A model generated the notes under the pieces. It saw nothing but the letters and a program-made list of their open reading frames with translations. It was not told where the DNA came from and made no database searches. A stretch of 64,000 bases of DNA from Hypanus sabinus (Eukaryota): NCBI RefSeq assembly GCF_030144855.1, contig NC_082716.1, positions 50,964,001 through 51,028,000 of the forward strand, in the 5' to 3' direction. A program made the position numbers and the translations under genes. Below, in pieces: positions 26,772 to 39,869 of the stretch; position 1 is the stretch's first letter, and every line of letters starts with the position of its first letter.

Positions 26772-28083
26772 ATAATGGAGGATTGATGACCCCTTTAATA
26801 CCATGTTATAATCCAATAAACTGTGTTAAACCAAAGGGTTTCATTTACAGTTTGTTCCCCATTCTAGCAACTGGAGCACCTGAAGAAAGCAACTTGCTGG
26901 GAAAACATGCTGCCAGATCAAGGTGTGAATAATTCAGCACTTACCAACAGGAAATAAGATAAGTAACTTCAGTAAAGCGTTTAAATGATTAAGGAAGAAG
27001 GTTTGAAGAAAGTACTTTTGGAGATAGTGTTTTTATGTTCTATGCTTCTATCTTCATCCAAGCAGAAAAATAAATCCTTATTTTTGTGCTGTATTTTTAG
27101 TTTTTCAGTGATCTGAGTTTTTAGGTTTCCACTTCCTTCAGTGCTATTTTGTGACACCATGGTATAAGACTCACTTTCTTGCAACAGCATATTTTACTCA
27201 AAACAGGTGAACGTCACCTTTAATTAAGTTATTCTGACAGAAAATCAATCAGAACCTGAACAGATGTTGTCCCTTACATTGTCCTCTCAAGGAGTTAAAA
27301 ATAATTTTATTCTAATATGATGCATTTACTAAGTTATATTTCATTCTTTAAATTCTTATATATATAATCACAGCTTTTCAAAATATTTATATTAAATATG
27401 GTATCTATGATTTGGTCTGAATAAGAAATTACATTTTGACATAAAGAAGGTAATTGCTTGGGAGTTGAAGTTGTAGACATTTATAGGGTCACTTTGTGTT
27501 GTATTATAACTATGCCATCTGTCAATGTCTAATTATATCTCAACCCATCATCAATTATAATTGGTCAGGCTTCACAGTCTATCCTTGAAACACTACTGAC
27601 CTCTAGTGGTTAGCCAAACTCATTACTAACATCATGGGAGAGATTTGCCTTTAAGAGCAAGTCCTTTCATAGTTTTCACAATTAGTCTGATAGAGATCAC
27701 TAGAGAACTAAAACAAAAATTAGATGAGTAACCAATTCTTTTTCACTCAATGCTTAATTTTATAAACTATCATTATAACTACTTTGGAAATACACCAAAT
27801 CAACTTTGCCTAATATTCAGTCCAGTTAAACGGCAGGCAATGTTGGCCTGAGATAATTTATCCTCATATCGAATTATCAACCTTAGTTAACTTGGATAGA
27901 ACAGGACCAATCAGTCAACAGATGTACTAGTCTAACATCTTTCTATTATAGGATTAGGGTGGTTGGTATACACGCTTCTTATCTTTCTATTGGTTATTTC
28001 TCTTCCAGTTACAATACCTGTCTCTATCAAGACTTTTACTCTCCCTCATCCTGAATTTACCCCCGATAATATTTTACAGTCTC

Positions 28084-30483
28084 TGACACAGAGCAGCAGA
28101 GACCATTTTGTGGTGAATATAACTTTAATAATAAACTACAAAATGACAAGCCATGAGGAGCCACAAGACAAGAGAAAACCAGTACTTAAGATGACCACAA
28201 AGTTAGGAGCAAAGTTAGACTAGGAACAACTGGTTGAGAATGGCTAGATCATATGAGTGAACAAAGATTGAGGATGAAAGTTGGGTTTAAATAGGTTGCA
28301 GGTGTTGTGTTGGAAATGAGTGGCAAATGACTCCTGTTAGCTGGGTAGATCTGGGAGATGCCTGTCTTTGCAGGCCTGATACGACCCTCCATGCAATCCC
28401 ACATCAAGCACCCGCTGGCTCAGGATAATCTGGATGGGTCCAGTGGAAATCCTCGATGATTGATGGATCCAAGATGAATATGGGTGACACCCAACACCTC
28501 TCCTCTGGGCCGTACCCTTTCCGATCAACCATCATCAACCGGTGAACCGCGTACACAATCCTAGGTTCTGGAGGTGCAGGCTCAGGTGGGTTGAGTGGTC
28601 CATGGACAACAGGTTTGAGGCAGGACACATGGAAGATAGGTTTGATTCTGAGGATGGTAGCAGCTACGATGATAAATGATTGGATTAGTGCAAAGGGTAA
28701 TCTTGAAGGTGACAATGAACGAGGGTGAGAGCTTGCGAGAGTCGATGCACAGGGGCAGATCTTGAGTGGGCAGCCAGACATGATCCTCAGGCTGAATAGT
28801 TTGGCTGGGCACTGGTGATAGTTAGCCTGGTTAGCAGCTAGGATGGTCTTCCTTGCCCCCCCTCCAAGCATTCTGGCGGTGGCGAATCAGAGCCCTGGTA
28901 GACAGGATCACCACCATTGGCTCCTCCATGGGGAGCAAAGGAGTTTTGTAGCCATGAAGCACTTCAAAGGGCGACATACCCATGGCAGAGGTAGTGTGTA
29001 GATTGTGGGACAGCTCAGCCCAGAGCAGGTAACCTCTTCCATATTAACGGGATAGAGACAGTGAAGCATCGCAGAATGTTCTGATTGGTTCTTTCTGACG
29101 GACCTGCGGATGATAGCCAGAGGGCAAACTCACTGAGTAGGGACAGCAGGCACACCAGAAGCAGGAGATGAATTCAATGTTGAAGAAACAGCTCTGCCAT
29201 CTCAGTGGCTGATGGAAGTATGGGGAGGGAAACGAAGTGAGCTGCCTTGGAGAACTGGTTCACTGCTAGCATGATCACCATGGCCCCATTGGAAGGTGGC
29301 AAACCTCTGATGAAATCCATGGCAATGTGAGACCACATGCATCTAGTGATCAAAGGAGCTCAGAAGGATGCTGTTTGGATTTATTAGTCTGTGCATGTTG
29401 AGGGCAGGCATTAATGAACTGATGTACATCTATGGTCATGGTGGGTCACCAGAGCTGGAGTCACAGAAAGTATAGAATCTGTCATGCACCTCAAAGGTGT
29501 AGGGGTAGTGAATGGTGGGCCCTCTGGAGTGCCTCAGAGCACTCAGTTACTGGCAGTTGTCAGGTTTGTTAGCCAGCTCATTAGGTAGGGCCTGGCAGAT
29601 CTGGTTCTTAAGGTCCCAGACAATTATGGGTCAGCAGTGCTTCTGCATTCCCACTGCATTTTACTTCGAGGGTCTTGAATTCCATGGACCAAGTCAGAGC
29701 CTTGATGCAGGTGAAGTGTCTGAACTACATTGCTGTCCTCCCTCTTCCCAGGTGGTCAAAAACGTGGCGCATCTCAGTGGTAAAATCTTCATAGTGGTTG
29801 CAAATGGAGGTTTTATTGTCCCAGCAGCAGAGGCCCAGGTCAGAGCTTTCCCAGTCCAAACAGAAATGATGAAGGCAGCATGGCTCAGTCCATAGCATAC
29901 AGAGACAGCTGGAGGTCAAAGCATGAGACTCACTGGGACAGGAAGTTGTGGCATCCGGTTAGGGATCTGTTGAAGCATTTGGGCAATGTAATCTGGAGCT
30001 CGGAGGAGGTTGACGGGTGCAGGGTTGCTGTATCGAGATAGAGAGTTTGTTGAGAGTGATGAGTAGATGGTTAATGGTTTCCTGCTGCTTCAGGATCGTG
30101 TACTCATGTCAATGATTGACTCTGTTTGGGCAAGCAAACTCTGCTGGGTCTATTACTGGTTCACTCGTCTTGACACAAATTGCAGAGGAGGCTTGACACA
30201 AGTGTAGAGCAGCGGACACAATTTAGTGATGAGCGATAAACTGTAAAATAACAAGCCATGAGGGGCTACAAAACAAGGTACAACAGATACCTAGTTCAAC
30301 AAGGCGACAAGTTAACTGAAGGCTAGGAGCAACTGGTAGAGGCCAGCTGGTTCAATGAGTGAACAAGGATTGTGGATGAGAGCTGGGTTTAAATAGGCTG
30401 CAGGTGATAATTTGGAAATGAGTGACAGTGACTCCTGTTAGCTGGGTGGGGTCTGGGTGGTGCCTGCCTGTGCAGGCCTGACC
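28084..30483 (-). mobile_element. Chromoviral Ty3/Gypsy LTR retrotransposon, internally deleted and decayed
   Basis: Two related ~300 bp LTRs (28084-28381, 30171-30483); minus-strand gag remnant (WDNKTSICNHYEDFTTEMRHVFDH), integrase C-terminus ([21 protein letters not shown]) and chromodomain ([26 protein letters not shown]); no RT/RNase H seen. Confidence 0.85.
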
Positions 30484-30772
30484 TGATCAGGTTCACACAT
30501 TGATCAATGATTTTGACTGCAGAATTGAAAGTGCTATCCTATAATTCATCTTGGCCAAATCCAAACTCATGCTAGCATCATTCTGAAGAGAAATCTTCTT
30601 TGCGCCATCATGAACTATACCATCTGACCTTATTTCTCTGCCTCTTTGCCCCCCCCCCCATACTCTAAAAGAAATGAAAAGATCTTATGCCTCCAAAAGA
30701 TATAATGGCAGTGTGGCAGCCCATTGCAGCTCTCAAATATTAAAATAACTTTATTAACAAATATTAAAATAA

Positions 30773-30905
30773 CAGTCCTGAAGAAGGGTCTTGGCCCTGA
30801 ATATCAACTGTATATTCATTTCCATAGATGCTGCCTGACCTGCTGAAATCCTCAGCATTTTGTGTATATTGCTCTGGATTTCCACCATTTGTAGAATTTC
30901 TCAAG
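30773..30905 (+). mobile_element. Short Penelope pseudo-LTR insertion with 10-bp target-site duplication
   Basis: Flanked by ATTAAAATAA at 30763-30772 and 30906-30915; begins with the hammerhead-like CAGTCCTGAAGAAGGGTCTTGGCCCTGAA. Confidence 0.65.
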
Positions 30906-33310
30906 ATTAAAATAATTTGTTTCCAACTACAATGCACAAATGCAATTTAAGCCTTTGCCCATTCTGTAAAAGTTTCATCTAATTTTTGTTAAATATATTT
31001 TTACAGAAATCTTAGAATTTTTGTAATCTTTGATTAACTGACAATTTCATCCTTGTAGCTGGTGTTCCTTCCTTCACTCCCACCAAGCACCCACCCACCG
31101 CAAGCCTGTTCTGCACCATGTCTGCATAGAGTGGATCGGGTTGACCGGAAACTGGAAATCCATCTACTCCATGAAAAATGCCTCTTTCATGTGAGTTGTT
31201 TTGGGAGTTGTACGTTATTTGTTTTCTGTGGTACCAGAATAAGGATCACTCTGGTGGTGATAGAAAGAACATTTGAAATGTTGCAGGAGTTACTTCTGCC
31301 CAGTTTTTCAAAGGAAACATTATATATATTCATATTAAATCTTTAATCATATCTTTTATATTTCCTGTCTCAACAATATCCAAAACATCCACTCCCTGAC
31401 CCAAACCTGATAGTTCTGCCTCCTGATGACTGTGCACTTAAAATACTAGATCGCCAGCATTCACTAGGTCATCACTCATAGGTGATGAGACTGAGCAAGG
31501 AACCAAGCTTGAATCACGTGACATCTACATGTGTGTATTTCAGCCCTAGCATTGCATATCACTGTGTAACCAGCAAGCCAGCTGGCTTTCCATTACCCTC
31601 ACCTTCCAAAACCACACAGGCCAGTTACAACAATCTTAATGCTGAACCAGTTGATATTTCACAGAACCAATTTCAACCTAATCTGGATGCTGATGAGAAA
31701 ACAGTGGTTACATCTCTACCCCCTATTTGTTATTTCTGAACAATATTCAACACAATCCCATAGGTTTTCTAGGCCATTGTTTAGGTTCAAATGCTCCTTC
31801 TCAACCACCACTTTTAATGGCTCTAAAGACTTAATCTTGGAAGTTCCCCAGGCTGTGTGACATGACCACATGTTGAACCTTTCAGCTGATCTTTGCAAGT
31901 TCAAGTTCGAGTTTATTGCCATCTGATTGTTTTGTTTGGTTGTTATGTACTATGTACTGTACAATGTTTTACAGACCACAGTGCACTCACAAAAAAACAA
32001 ATCATACAGCATATTAAACAAAATATTACCACAAATAAGTTAATAAAATATAAGTGCATGTACTGCACAGCATGGTAAACGGTAAACAATACATTAAACA
32101 GTAAACAGCTCTCTATCCCAGTGATGAAACCACAGTGGTAGCAAGGATTTTATTAGTCTCATAGCCTGAGAGAAGAAGCTGTTACCCAGTGTCTGGCAGT
32201 CCTAGTCCTGATGCTCATGTAATTTCTTCCTGATGGTCATGGGTCAAAAAGATAGTGAGATAGGTGGTAGGGATCCTCAACATTGCTCCCGTAAATGTCA
32301 CATTTGTAACCTGGCCTACTAACTTTCCCAGATTTTGAGTTTTCAATCAGCTTTCATTCATGGCCAGTTTTCTCAGTGTTATAATTATGGATTCAAGCTC
32401 TACATGAAAGAAAATCTTCAGCTATTGATTCAATATATAACTTTAGAAACTTTACTTACTTTACTTTAACTTTACTTACTAAAGTAACTTTAGTTTCTTT
32501 AGAAACATTGCATTATATTGTTCAAAATTATACAATCCGAAGTTGCTAATGTGTAGGCCACTTAAATAGTCAGTTAACTTACATATTCTGTACAAACAAA
32601 TTTGGAGAGCTAGCAGAAAGGATGTACCATTATAGACCATTTTTATCACGGAATAAAATGAACCAACAGTTGATCCCAAAGCAAGCCAACTGTACAACTG
32701 TAGACTTAAACTCAAAAGTTTTGGGTGAATTCTCTGCAAGCAGTTTGAAGGATTTCCCTCTGATCATTGATTGTATGTTGTTGTTTTGCATTAGGTTCTC
32801 AACACAAAGAACTAATGGACTCCAGGCAACAGTAGCTAGGTTGCAGATTATCACGTCACTTCTAACAGCCCACTAACAGAACTATTACTGGACGGCACAC
32901 AACTGCTTGGCTCACAGAAGCGCAAACTGATTTTCCTTGACGGTTTTATCCTCAAGATATTAAGGACTTCCTCAAGAATTTCTTCTGAAGATCAAATAAC
33001 CTGTTTGCCAACATTTTAAATATTATTGTTGTTTTGGAACAAGGTTATTAACCTGGTTGCCATGGCACTATGGAACAACTAAGGACTCATTCAAGAACTC
33101 ATCTTATGCAATTAGTGGACTTACTGTGTGCATGAGGCTCTGAGGACGCTATTTTAACTGCTTGATAATACAGGCATTCAGCCATGGACTACATCGTTTA
33201 CAAAATGTGTTGAGCTTCATTGCTTCAAGATTTGGCAATTGCTAGAAAGACAAACTCTTCTGGTCCTGTTCAATTCATTGATTAATTTGGATTCATGTCA
33301 ATCTGCAACA

Positions 33311-35560
33311 ATGCCCTTACATGGCACAGGTATTTTTACAAATCCATATGCTATTGAAGTTCTGCAGAGCAAGAAAAAAGAACTAGTAGCAGGGATTACC
33401 CACACTGATGATCTTCTAGACTGGTTGATTGAGAATCGTGTCATTTCACCAGAGAAAAGAATTGCAGTTTTGAATTACAGGACACGTGAGGAAATGAACA
33501 CCAGAGTCCTAGACATGTTAGTTTCTTGTGGTGAGAGAGCCTGCAGACTGTTCTTCTATCCTTGCCTCAAGCATGTTGAACCAGCTCTCTACAATTACAT
33601 CAGAAGCTATGTCAGTAATGTGTCAAGCAGCTTTGGGGATGCTAAGAGACAGCTTGTGGGTTATCTTTTGGAGAGAGATAAGGATGAAATCCCTAAGGAT
33701 ACCTCAAAAAATGTTGGTAAGCCAGTGCAAAATGTGGCATCTAAAAAGGAGCCACACCAGAAGCTACAGACGGCTGTTCAAACTCGACCAGTGCACAATG
33801 AGCTGGCTCATGTCTTTCAGATTGTAGCATCAGGAGATCTATCCAGTCTTGATAAAGCTATTGGACACAGTGACATTAATGTTATAAATGCTTTTAATGA
33901 AACCCTGTTGCACATTGCAGCTACCCATGGACATGTTAAGATCATTGAATATTTATTGAATAAAGGAGCAAAGCTAGAGGTAAAGGATAACAAGGGGCAA
34001 TTACCTCTTCACCGGGCTGCAGAGAAAGGGCATACAGCAGCAGCCAAAGTCCTTCTTCAAGCTGGAGCACACAGCTATGCTTTGGATACAGAATCTAAAA
34101 CTCCCCTACACTTAGCTTCCCAGAACAATTTTTTCTCTGTCGTGAAGCTGATGTTGAAAGAAGAAGCTGGAAATTATAAGAGAAAGAAATCTTTTCTACA
34201 CATGGCTGCTCTCAGGGATGAAAGTAAAATTGCAGAAATTCTTCTCAAATGTGGAGCTGCTGCAGACATTAAGGATGAAAAGAACAGGACCCCACTGATT
34301 CACGCTGTCTCCCTGGGACATCTCAGTACTGTGAAGGTACTGCTGGAGGCAGGAGCCAAAGTTGATGTTGATATGATTGATGGAGCATTAAATAGTAATA
34401 ACCAATCCCTGATTAAACTTATCTTGGAGTATGCCACTGGGATTAGCCCTAACGTTCTAGTCAATGCACTCTTTAAAGCAGTTCAGAAAAATCAACACAG
34501 AGCTGTGGGTGTTCTAATTGAAAGGGGCATCGATATCAATGCCAAAAATGAAATGCAATACACCCCTTTGCTGTTGGCAGCAGAACTTGGGCATACTGAA
34601 TCTGTCAAGGTCCTGATAACTAAAGGAGCTCATTTAAATGAAAGGACCCCAAATATGAACAGTGCACTGCACCTTGCTGCTGAGACTGGATCACTTTCAG
34701 TTGCAAAGCTGCTGATTGATGAGGGGATGGACGTAAATATTATCGGCTGCAGTGATCAAACACCTCTGCACTTTGCATCTTTTCATAATCAGCCACCGAT
34801 GATAGAAGCTTTAATAAGAGCAGGTTCAAAGGTCAATGCCATTGCTAAAGAGGCAATTACACCTTTGCACATCGCTTCGCAAAGAGGTAACCGAGAAACA
34901 GTAGAGTGTCTTCTTCAGAACAAGGCTGATGTGAATGCTAAAGACAGATTGATGAGAACACCCTTGCACATGGCAGCTATAGTTGGAGATGCCTCTATCG
35001 CAGAGCTGCTTCTGTCAAGCCACGCTGACCCTAATGCAGTAAATAAAGAGAAGAAAACCCCACTCCATCTGGCTGCTAATGAAGGTCATTTGGACTTTGT
35101 ATCAATGATGTTAAGCAGAAGGGCCAGATTTGCTGCAAAGGATATGGACGGGAATACTCCAATGCATTATGCAGCCAGCAAAAGTCATAGTGTTGTTGTC
35201 AAAGCACTTTTATTGGCTGGGAAAAATAAAAACATTGATGATAAGAATATTTGGCGCAAAACACCATTACATCTTGCAGCAGAACACAGCCACGAGGGAT
35301 TGGTAGAATTATTGTTGGTCAGTGGAGCTTCTATTAATGCCTTAGACAATGCCAAAGACACACCACTACATTGTGCTTGCAAATCAGGCAACATTGGTAC
35401 TGCCCAAAAATTAATCAACTGGTCTGATGGTGAAATACCCAAGTTCCACTCTACAAATAGCTTAAAGAAGACCCCTCTCCAAGTTGCAGAAAGTAGAGAC
35501 ACAGATAACCACCAGCAGATAGCAATACTGCTGAGAAAAAAAATGATGTTAACTAGATAA
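33311..35560 (+). CDS. CAIAP: CARD- and ANK-domain containing inflammasome adaptor protein, 749 aa, single coding exon
   Basis: First in-frame ATG at 33311 (ORF track starts at an upstream TTG). N-terminal CARD (FTNPYAIEVLQSKKKELV...LLDWLIENRVI...GERACRLFFYPCLK), linker, then ~16 ankyrin repeats (TPLH/TLLH motifs). Architecture matches Caiap of non-placental vertebrates. Confidence 0.9.
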   Translation: MPLHGTGIFTNPYAIEVLQSKKKELVAGITHTDDLLDWLIENRVISPEKRIAVLNYRTREEMNTRVLDMLVSCGERACRLFFYPCLKHVEPALYNYIRSYVSNVSSSFGDAKRQLVGYLLERDKDEIPKDTSKNVGKPVQNVASKKEPHQKLQTAVQTRPVHNELAHVFQIVASGDLSSLDKAIGHSDINVINAFNETLLHIAATHGHVKIIEYLLNKGAKLEVKDNKGQLPLHRAAEKGHTAAAKVLLQAGAHSYALDTESKTPLHLASQNNFFSVVKLMLKEEAGNYKRKKSFLHMAALRDESKIAEILLKCGAAADIKDEKNRTPLIHAVSLGHLSTVKVLLEAGAKVDVDMIDGALNSNNQSLIKLILEYATGISPNVLVNALFKAVQKNQHRAVGVLIERGIDINAKNEMQYTPLLLAAELGHTESVKVLITKGAHLNERTPNMNSALHLAAETGSLSVAKLLIDEGMDVNIIGCSDQTPLHFASFHNQPPMIEALIRAGSKVNAIAKEAITPLHIASQRGNRETVECLLQNKADVNAKDRLMRTPLHMAAIVGDASIAELLLSSHADPNAVNKEKKTPLHLAANEGHLDFVSMMLSRRARFAAKDMDGNTPMHYAASKSHSVVVKALLLAGKNKNIDDKNIWRKTPLHLAAEHSHEGLVELLLVSGASINALDNAKDTPLHCACKSGNIGTAQKLINWSDGEIPKFHSTNSLKKTPLQVAESRDTDNHQQIAILLRKKMMLTR

Positions 35561-36841
35561 GAACAAATTCAATCTAACTGATGGCTTAATTGGCTAAGGC
35601 AGTGCTTGGTGTTGCCTGTAACATATCTAGTAGACCAGTATGGTTTTATTTTCCATTCCACTTTATGCTGAGTGACAAGCCTCAGCTAGATTTATTTAAG
35701 AAGTTTTACTATTCCAAGGCTGATGGGGGGGGGGGGAAGGGGGAAAGAATACAAAAGAGGAATTTATCAATTGTTTCCATTCCTGATTGCTATCTAGTGA
35801 CCTTTGTTCAGATGTTATCAGCATTTGATGAGGATTACATTAGATTTAGGTATATGCTGCCTTTCCAATACAAGATTGAACAGCTGTCCACCATGTAACA
35901 TCAAAATTCACAATTTACAAACTTATTCTGCGTTGATTGCAATAGCATTTTCAGAGGAAGAGAGGAACAAATGGGTAAAGACACTTTGTCCTTATGTTAT
36001 ACTATTGTGGCTCAATAGGTCATTACACATGCTGCACACTAATCTCTTTAAGTATCTTCCATTTGAACAATTGTCTACCATTACACTGATCTGGCTGATG
36101 CATACAAAATGTGGCACATGTGGTTAATATTATTATATTGTGAAGACCTCTTGATTAATTCTGCTACTTAGAAACTAATTATAATTTTTGTTCAGAAATA
36201 ACTTCCTTTGTTATGGTTGCACTTACTGTTGGATTGTGTATCAAGACTTCTATTTTTTACTCTACAAAGATTATTACCGTCCTGTTACTTTTTGGGCTTT
36301 TCATAAATCTGGTTCCTTTCTATGCAACAGTAATTGTTCATTTCTGTCTTTCTTTTTAAGAAAATGACATCAATCAAATAAGTTCTACAAATGTTTAAAT
36401 GTATAGTGTTTCTGATTGGACATATATGTTGCAACTTCTTTAGTAAACTTTAATTTTAAGCTGTAAGCATATAAAATGTAGCAATTTCACTCATGTTTAC
36501 CAAAAAGTCATCAAAGTAATTAGTTCAACACTGCTAAGATGACAAATAGTGTTTTGAGTTTATTCTATCTCATCCACTAACCCTTGCTCCCTAGAATCTT
36601 CATATTTAACATGCTTAGAGCAGGTTTGAGCTACAGAAACAAGTAAACATCTTTTGAAGCATTGGCAAGGATAAAACATGAAATGAGGAAAATCTGTCTA
36701 GCAAATCTATCTGTATCTCACAATACTCTGAATACAATATATTTAAGTCTCAAAATGAAGTCTAAATTCTAAGAACACCATTAAATATTTCCTAGCTCCT
36801 AAAGAATATCAGATGAAATTTTGAGTACAGTATTGATAATT

Positions 36842-37515
36842 GCAAGCGGTCCTTCCAAGTGAGGTGACCCTTCACCTGTGAGTTTGTTGGGGTCATATAC
36901 TGTGTCTGGTGCTCCCGGTGTGGCCTCCTGTATATCAGTGAGACCCAACGTAGATTGGGAGACTGCTTTGCCGAGCATCTATGCTCTGTCTGCCAGAAAA
37001 AGTGAGATCTCCCAGTGGTCACCCATTTAATTCCACTTCTCATTCCCATTTCGATATGTCTATCCATGGCCTCTTCCACTATCGTGATGAGGCCACACTC
37101 AGATTGGAAGAACACCTTATATTTCATCTGGGTAGCCTCCAACCTAACGCCACGAACATCAATTTCTCAAACTTCCAGTAATGCACCCCACCTGACCTCT
37201 CCTTCACCATTCCCCATTCCCTTTCCCCTCTATCAGCTTATCTCCTTTTCCGCCCATTGTCTTCCTTTGGTGCTTCTCCCCCCTTTGCTTTCTTCCAGGC
37301 CTTTCTGTCCTAATTTTTCACCTTGTGTTTCTCTCTCCCCTCCCCCCACCTTTTAAATCTACTCATCTTTTTTTCTCCAGTCCTATCAAAGGGTCTCAGC
37401 CCGTAACATTGACTGTACTCTTTTCCATAGATGTTGCCTGGCCTGCTGAGCTTCTCCAGCATTTTGTGTGTGTTGTTGGGATTTACAACATCTACAGATT
37501 TTCTCTTGTTTGTGA
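36842..37515 (+). mobile_element. Penelope-like element 3' fragment (GIY-YIG plus pseudo-LTR)
   Basis: Reads FTCEFVGVIYCVWCSRCGLLYISETQRRLGDCFAEHL then GHPFNSTSHSH...LEEHLIFHLGSLQP; pyrimidine-rich tract; decayed hammerhead ~37377-37415. Confidence 0.85.
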
Positions 37516-39869
37516 AAGTAAGAGGCCGGTCATTTAAAACTGAGGTGCTTAAAAATTTCTTCTCTCAGAGGATAGAAAGTCTCTGGAATTCTCTGCTCCA
37601 GATTGGTGAAGCCAGAACATACGGTAGAAGTTGATAAACATTTGAAAGATGGAGTGATATTGGGAAACAGCAAAGAAGAAGAGTTGAGGTCAGCATAAAT
37701 CAGCCACAGTTAAATATATTGAAAAGACAGGCTCAAGGGGCTTGGTGGCCTACTCATGCTGCTACTTTCTTGTGATACTACAGTAAAGACTGAAGCTCTA
37801 TTCTTCAGATTATATTTGCAGGGTTTGAGCAGGTTAGTGATTTTCATAACCCAAATCCGTTCTTTCTCATGACATAGTGCTTAAGTTTCAGATACTGATG
37901 TGTACACGCAAAACACACACCTTTCTCAGGGTTTCAACTGAGCTCTTGTTCCTTGTTTATAACTTGCACCATTACCCCCAAGTTATAAATGATAATATAT
38001 TGCTTTGAAGAAGAGATTGTTCTTGCTCTAAGGCTATAATTCAAATAGTTCAGTTTGAGCATTTTCTTTGCTTTCTAATGGAAACTTCATTAGTAAATGG
38101 ATATACTGGTATAGTATGGATGGCAGATATCATGTTTTAGTTGACAGGTAATCATACCATTACCCAGAAAGTGCAATGTTTAAGGGGACTTGTACAGAAA
38201 TATATTGTCTTAGGGAGAATGGGCATAAGATGTGTGAATAAGTTTAATTAATTTTAACTAAGAATGCAGGTTTTACAGACATACACAGGAGTGCATAGAA
38301 ACTGTCACTAAAATTAAATATAATCAGGTTAATGGATGTCAGGCCTCTATGCTTCATGGTAAGGATTGCTTAGGTTAACCTTCTGGCGGTCATCTAACAT
38401 AGCCCACTACAGGTTTGCAGTGTGAGTTAGAACAACTGAAACCATGAAATACCATTTATTGAGGGTCTGAATGACCTTCCCATATAGATCATGATATAAC
38501 TGTAGAGACCTTCTTTTACAACTGTGACCAGACAATTTGAAATCATGTCAGAAAAACTTGTTATTATAGTTAATAAAGTATTATTAAACAACGTGTCCAA
38601 TAATCCCAAATAGAATGGGCATGTTGCAAATCTGTTGGTCTTACTGTTGTTTACATACATCATAATGAAAGACTGCAAACTCAATATAATGTATTAATTG
38701 AAACAATGCAAGAAAACTGTGGAAATATTCATAAAAGGTGAATTTAACTATTAAAAATTCATTATTCTTTGCCTGATTCAATGCTTTGTATTTGTATTTG
38801 TTCATGGTGGTCATGTATGAAATTCTGTGGCTTTTCTCCTAGTCTTGACTGAGTGGAAGACCTAGAGAAATCAAAGCAAACATGGCAGTCCTAATAAATG
38901 TAGAGTGAAATATAAAATGTCAAAGGAAGTTTGATATTTTGGTAGAAGTAGTAGGGACTGTTAATAAAGATTGAAGAACATTTTTGCTCAGGACTTAAAC
39001 TACTTTGATATTATACCAGCTAAGGGGGAATTGAGAGGCAAATTCTTCACACAGATAGTGGTGGTTATGAACAAACTGCCAGAGGAAGTGGTAAAGGTTG
39101 GTGTGATACAATGTTTAAAACAGACTTGGACAGGTACGTGGATAGTTAAGGTTGAGCTGGATAAGGACCACATGGGACTAGCTTAGGTCTCCCTGGTCAA
39201 CATGAACAAATTGGGCAGAAGGGTCTGTTACCAGGCTGAATAACTCTATGACTCTCTTGGCACAAGACAAATGCCAGTAAGACTTAGATGCAAATATCAT
39301 TGTTTGTCATGACAGTTGGAATATCTTAACCTAAATTCAACCCTATAAAGTGCAAACCTAAAAGAAAGCTTGTGATTTGAGCCCAGTAAGTTTCCGCCCC
39401 ACAACAAATAGTACTCTGTCAAAGGAAACTATTTTGCTAAAAATAGGGAAAGTTTCAGAATTTGACAAAACAGGGCAAAAGCAATGATAAGGAAAAGTAG
39501 AATTCAAGAATATTATTGTGAAAAACATCAAAACACACTGTAAGAGCGTCTATAGAAAAGCTCAAAGAAAAGAATTAGATAAAGTTGGTGTGTATTATTT
39601 ATAAAATGAAGCAGTAGAGTCATGCTGGAAAATAGCAAAATAGCAGACAAAGAAAACAAGTCACCTGGAATTGTCTTCATGGTAAATAAATAAAGCAAAC
39701 ATACTGGAACTAGAGGCCTACAGTAAATTACTTCTGCAAAATTAGAATTAGTAAAACAGAAGTTTGGAGGGAATTAATGGGACTGAAAGTTGATAAATTC
39801 CCAGGATCTTGAATCCTTCAGCTTTATAAGAAGTGGTTATGAAGATAGTGGATGTGCCAGTCCGCAGAG

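Noticed and set aside
33239-33310. N-terminal extension of the CARD-ANK ORF from a TTG start
   Set aside because: Non-ATG start from the ORF caller; the first ATG (33311, ACAATGC) directly precedes the CARD.
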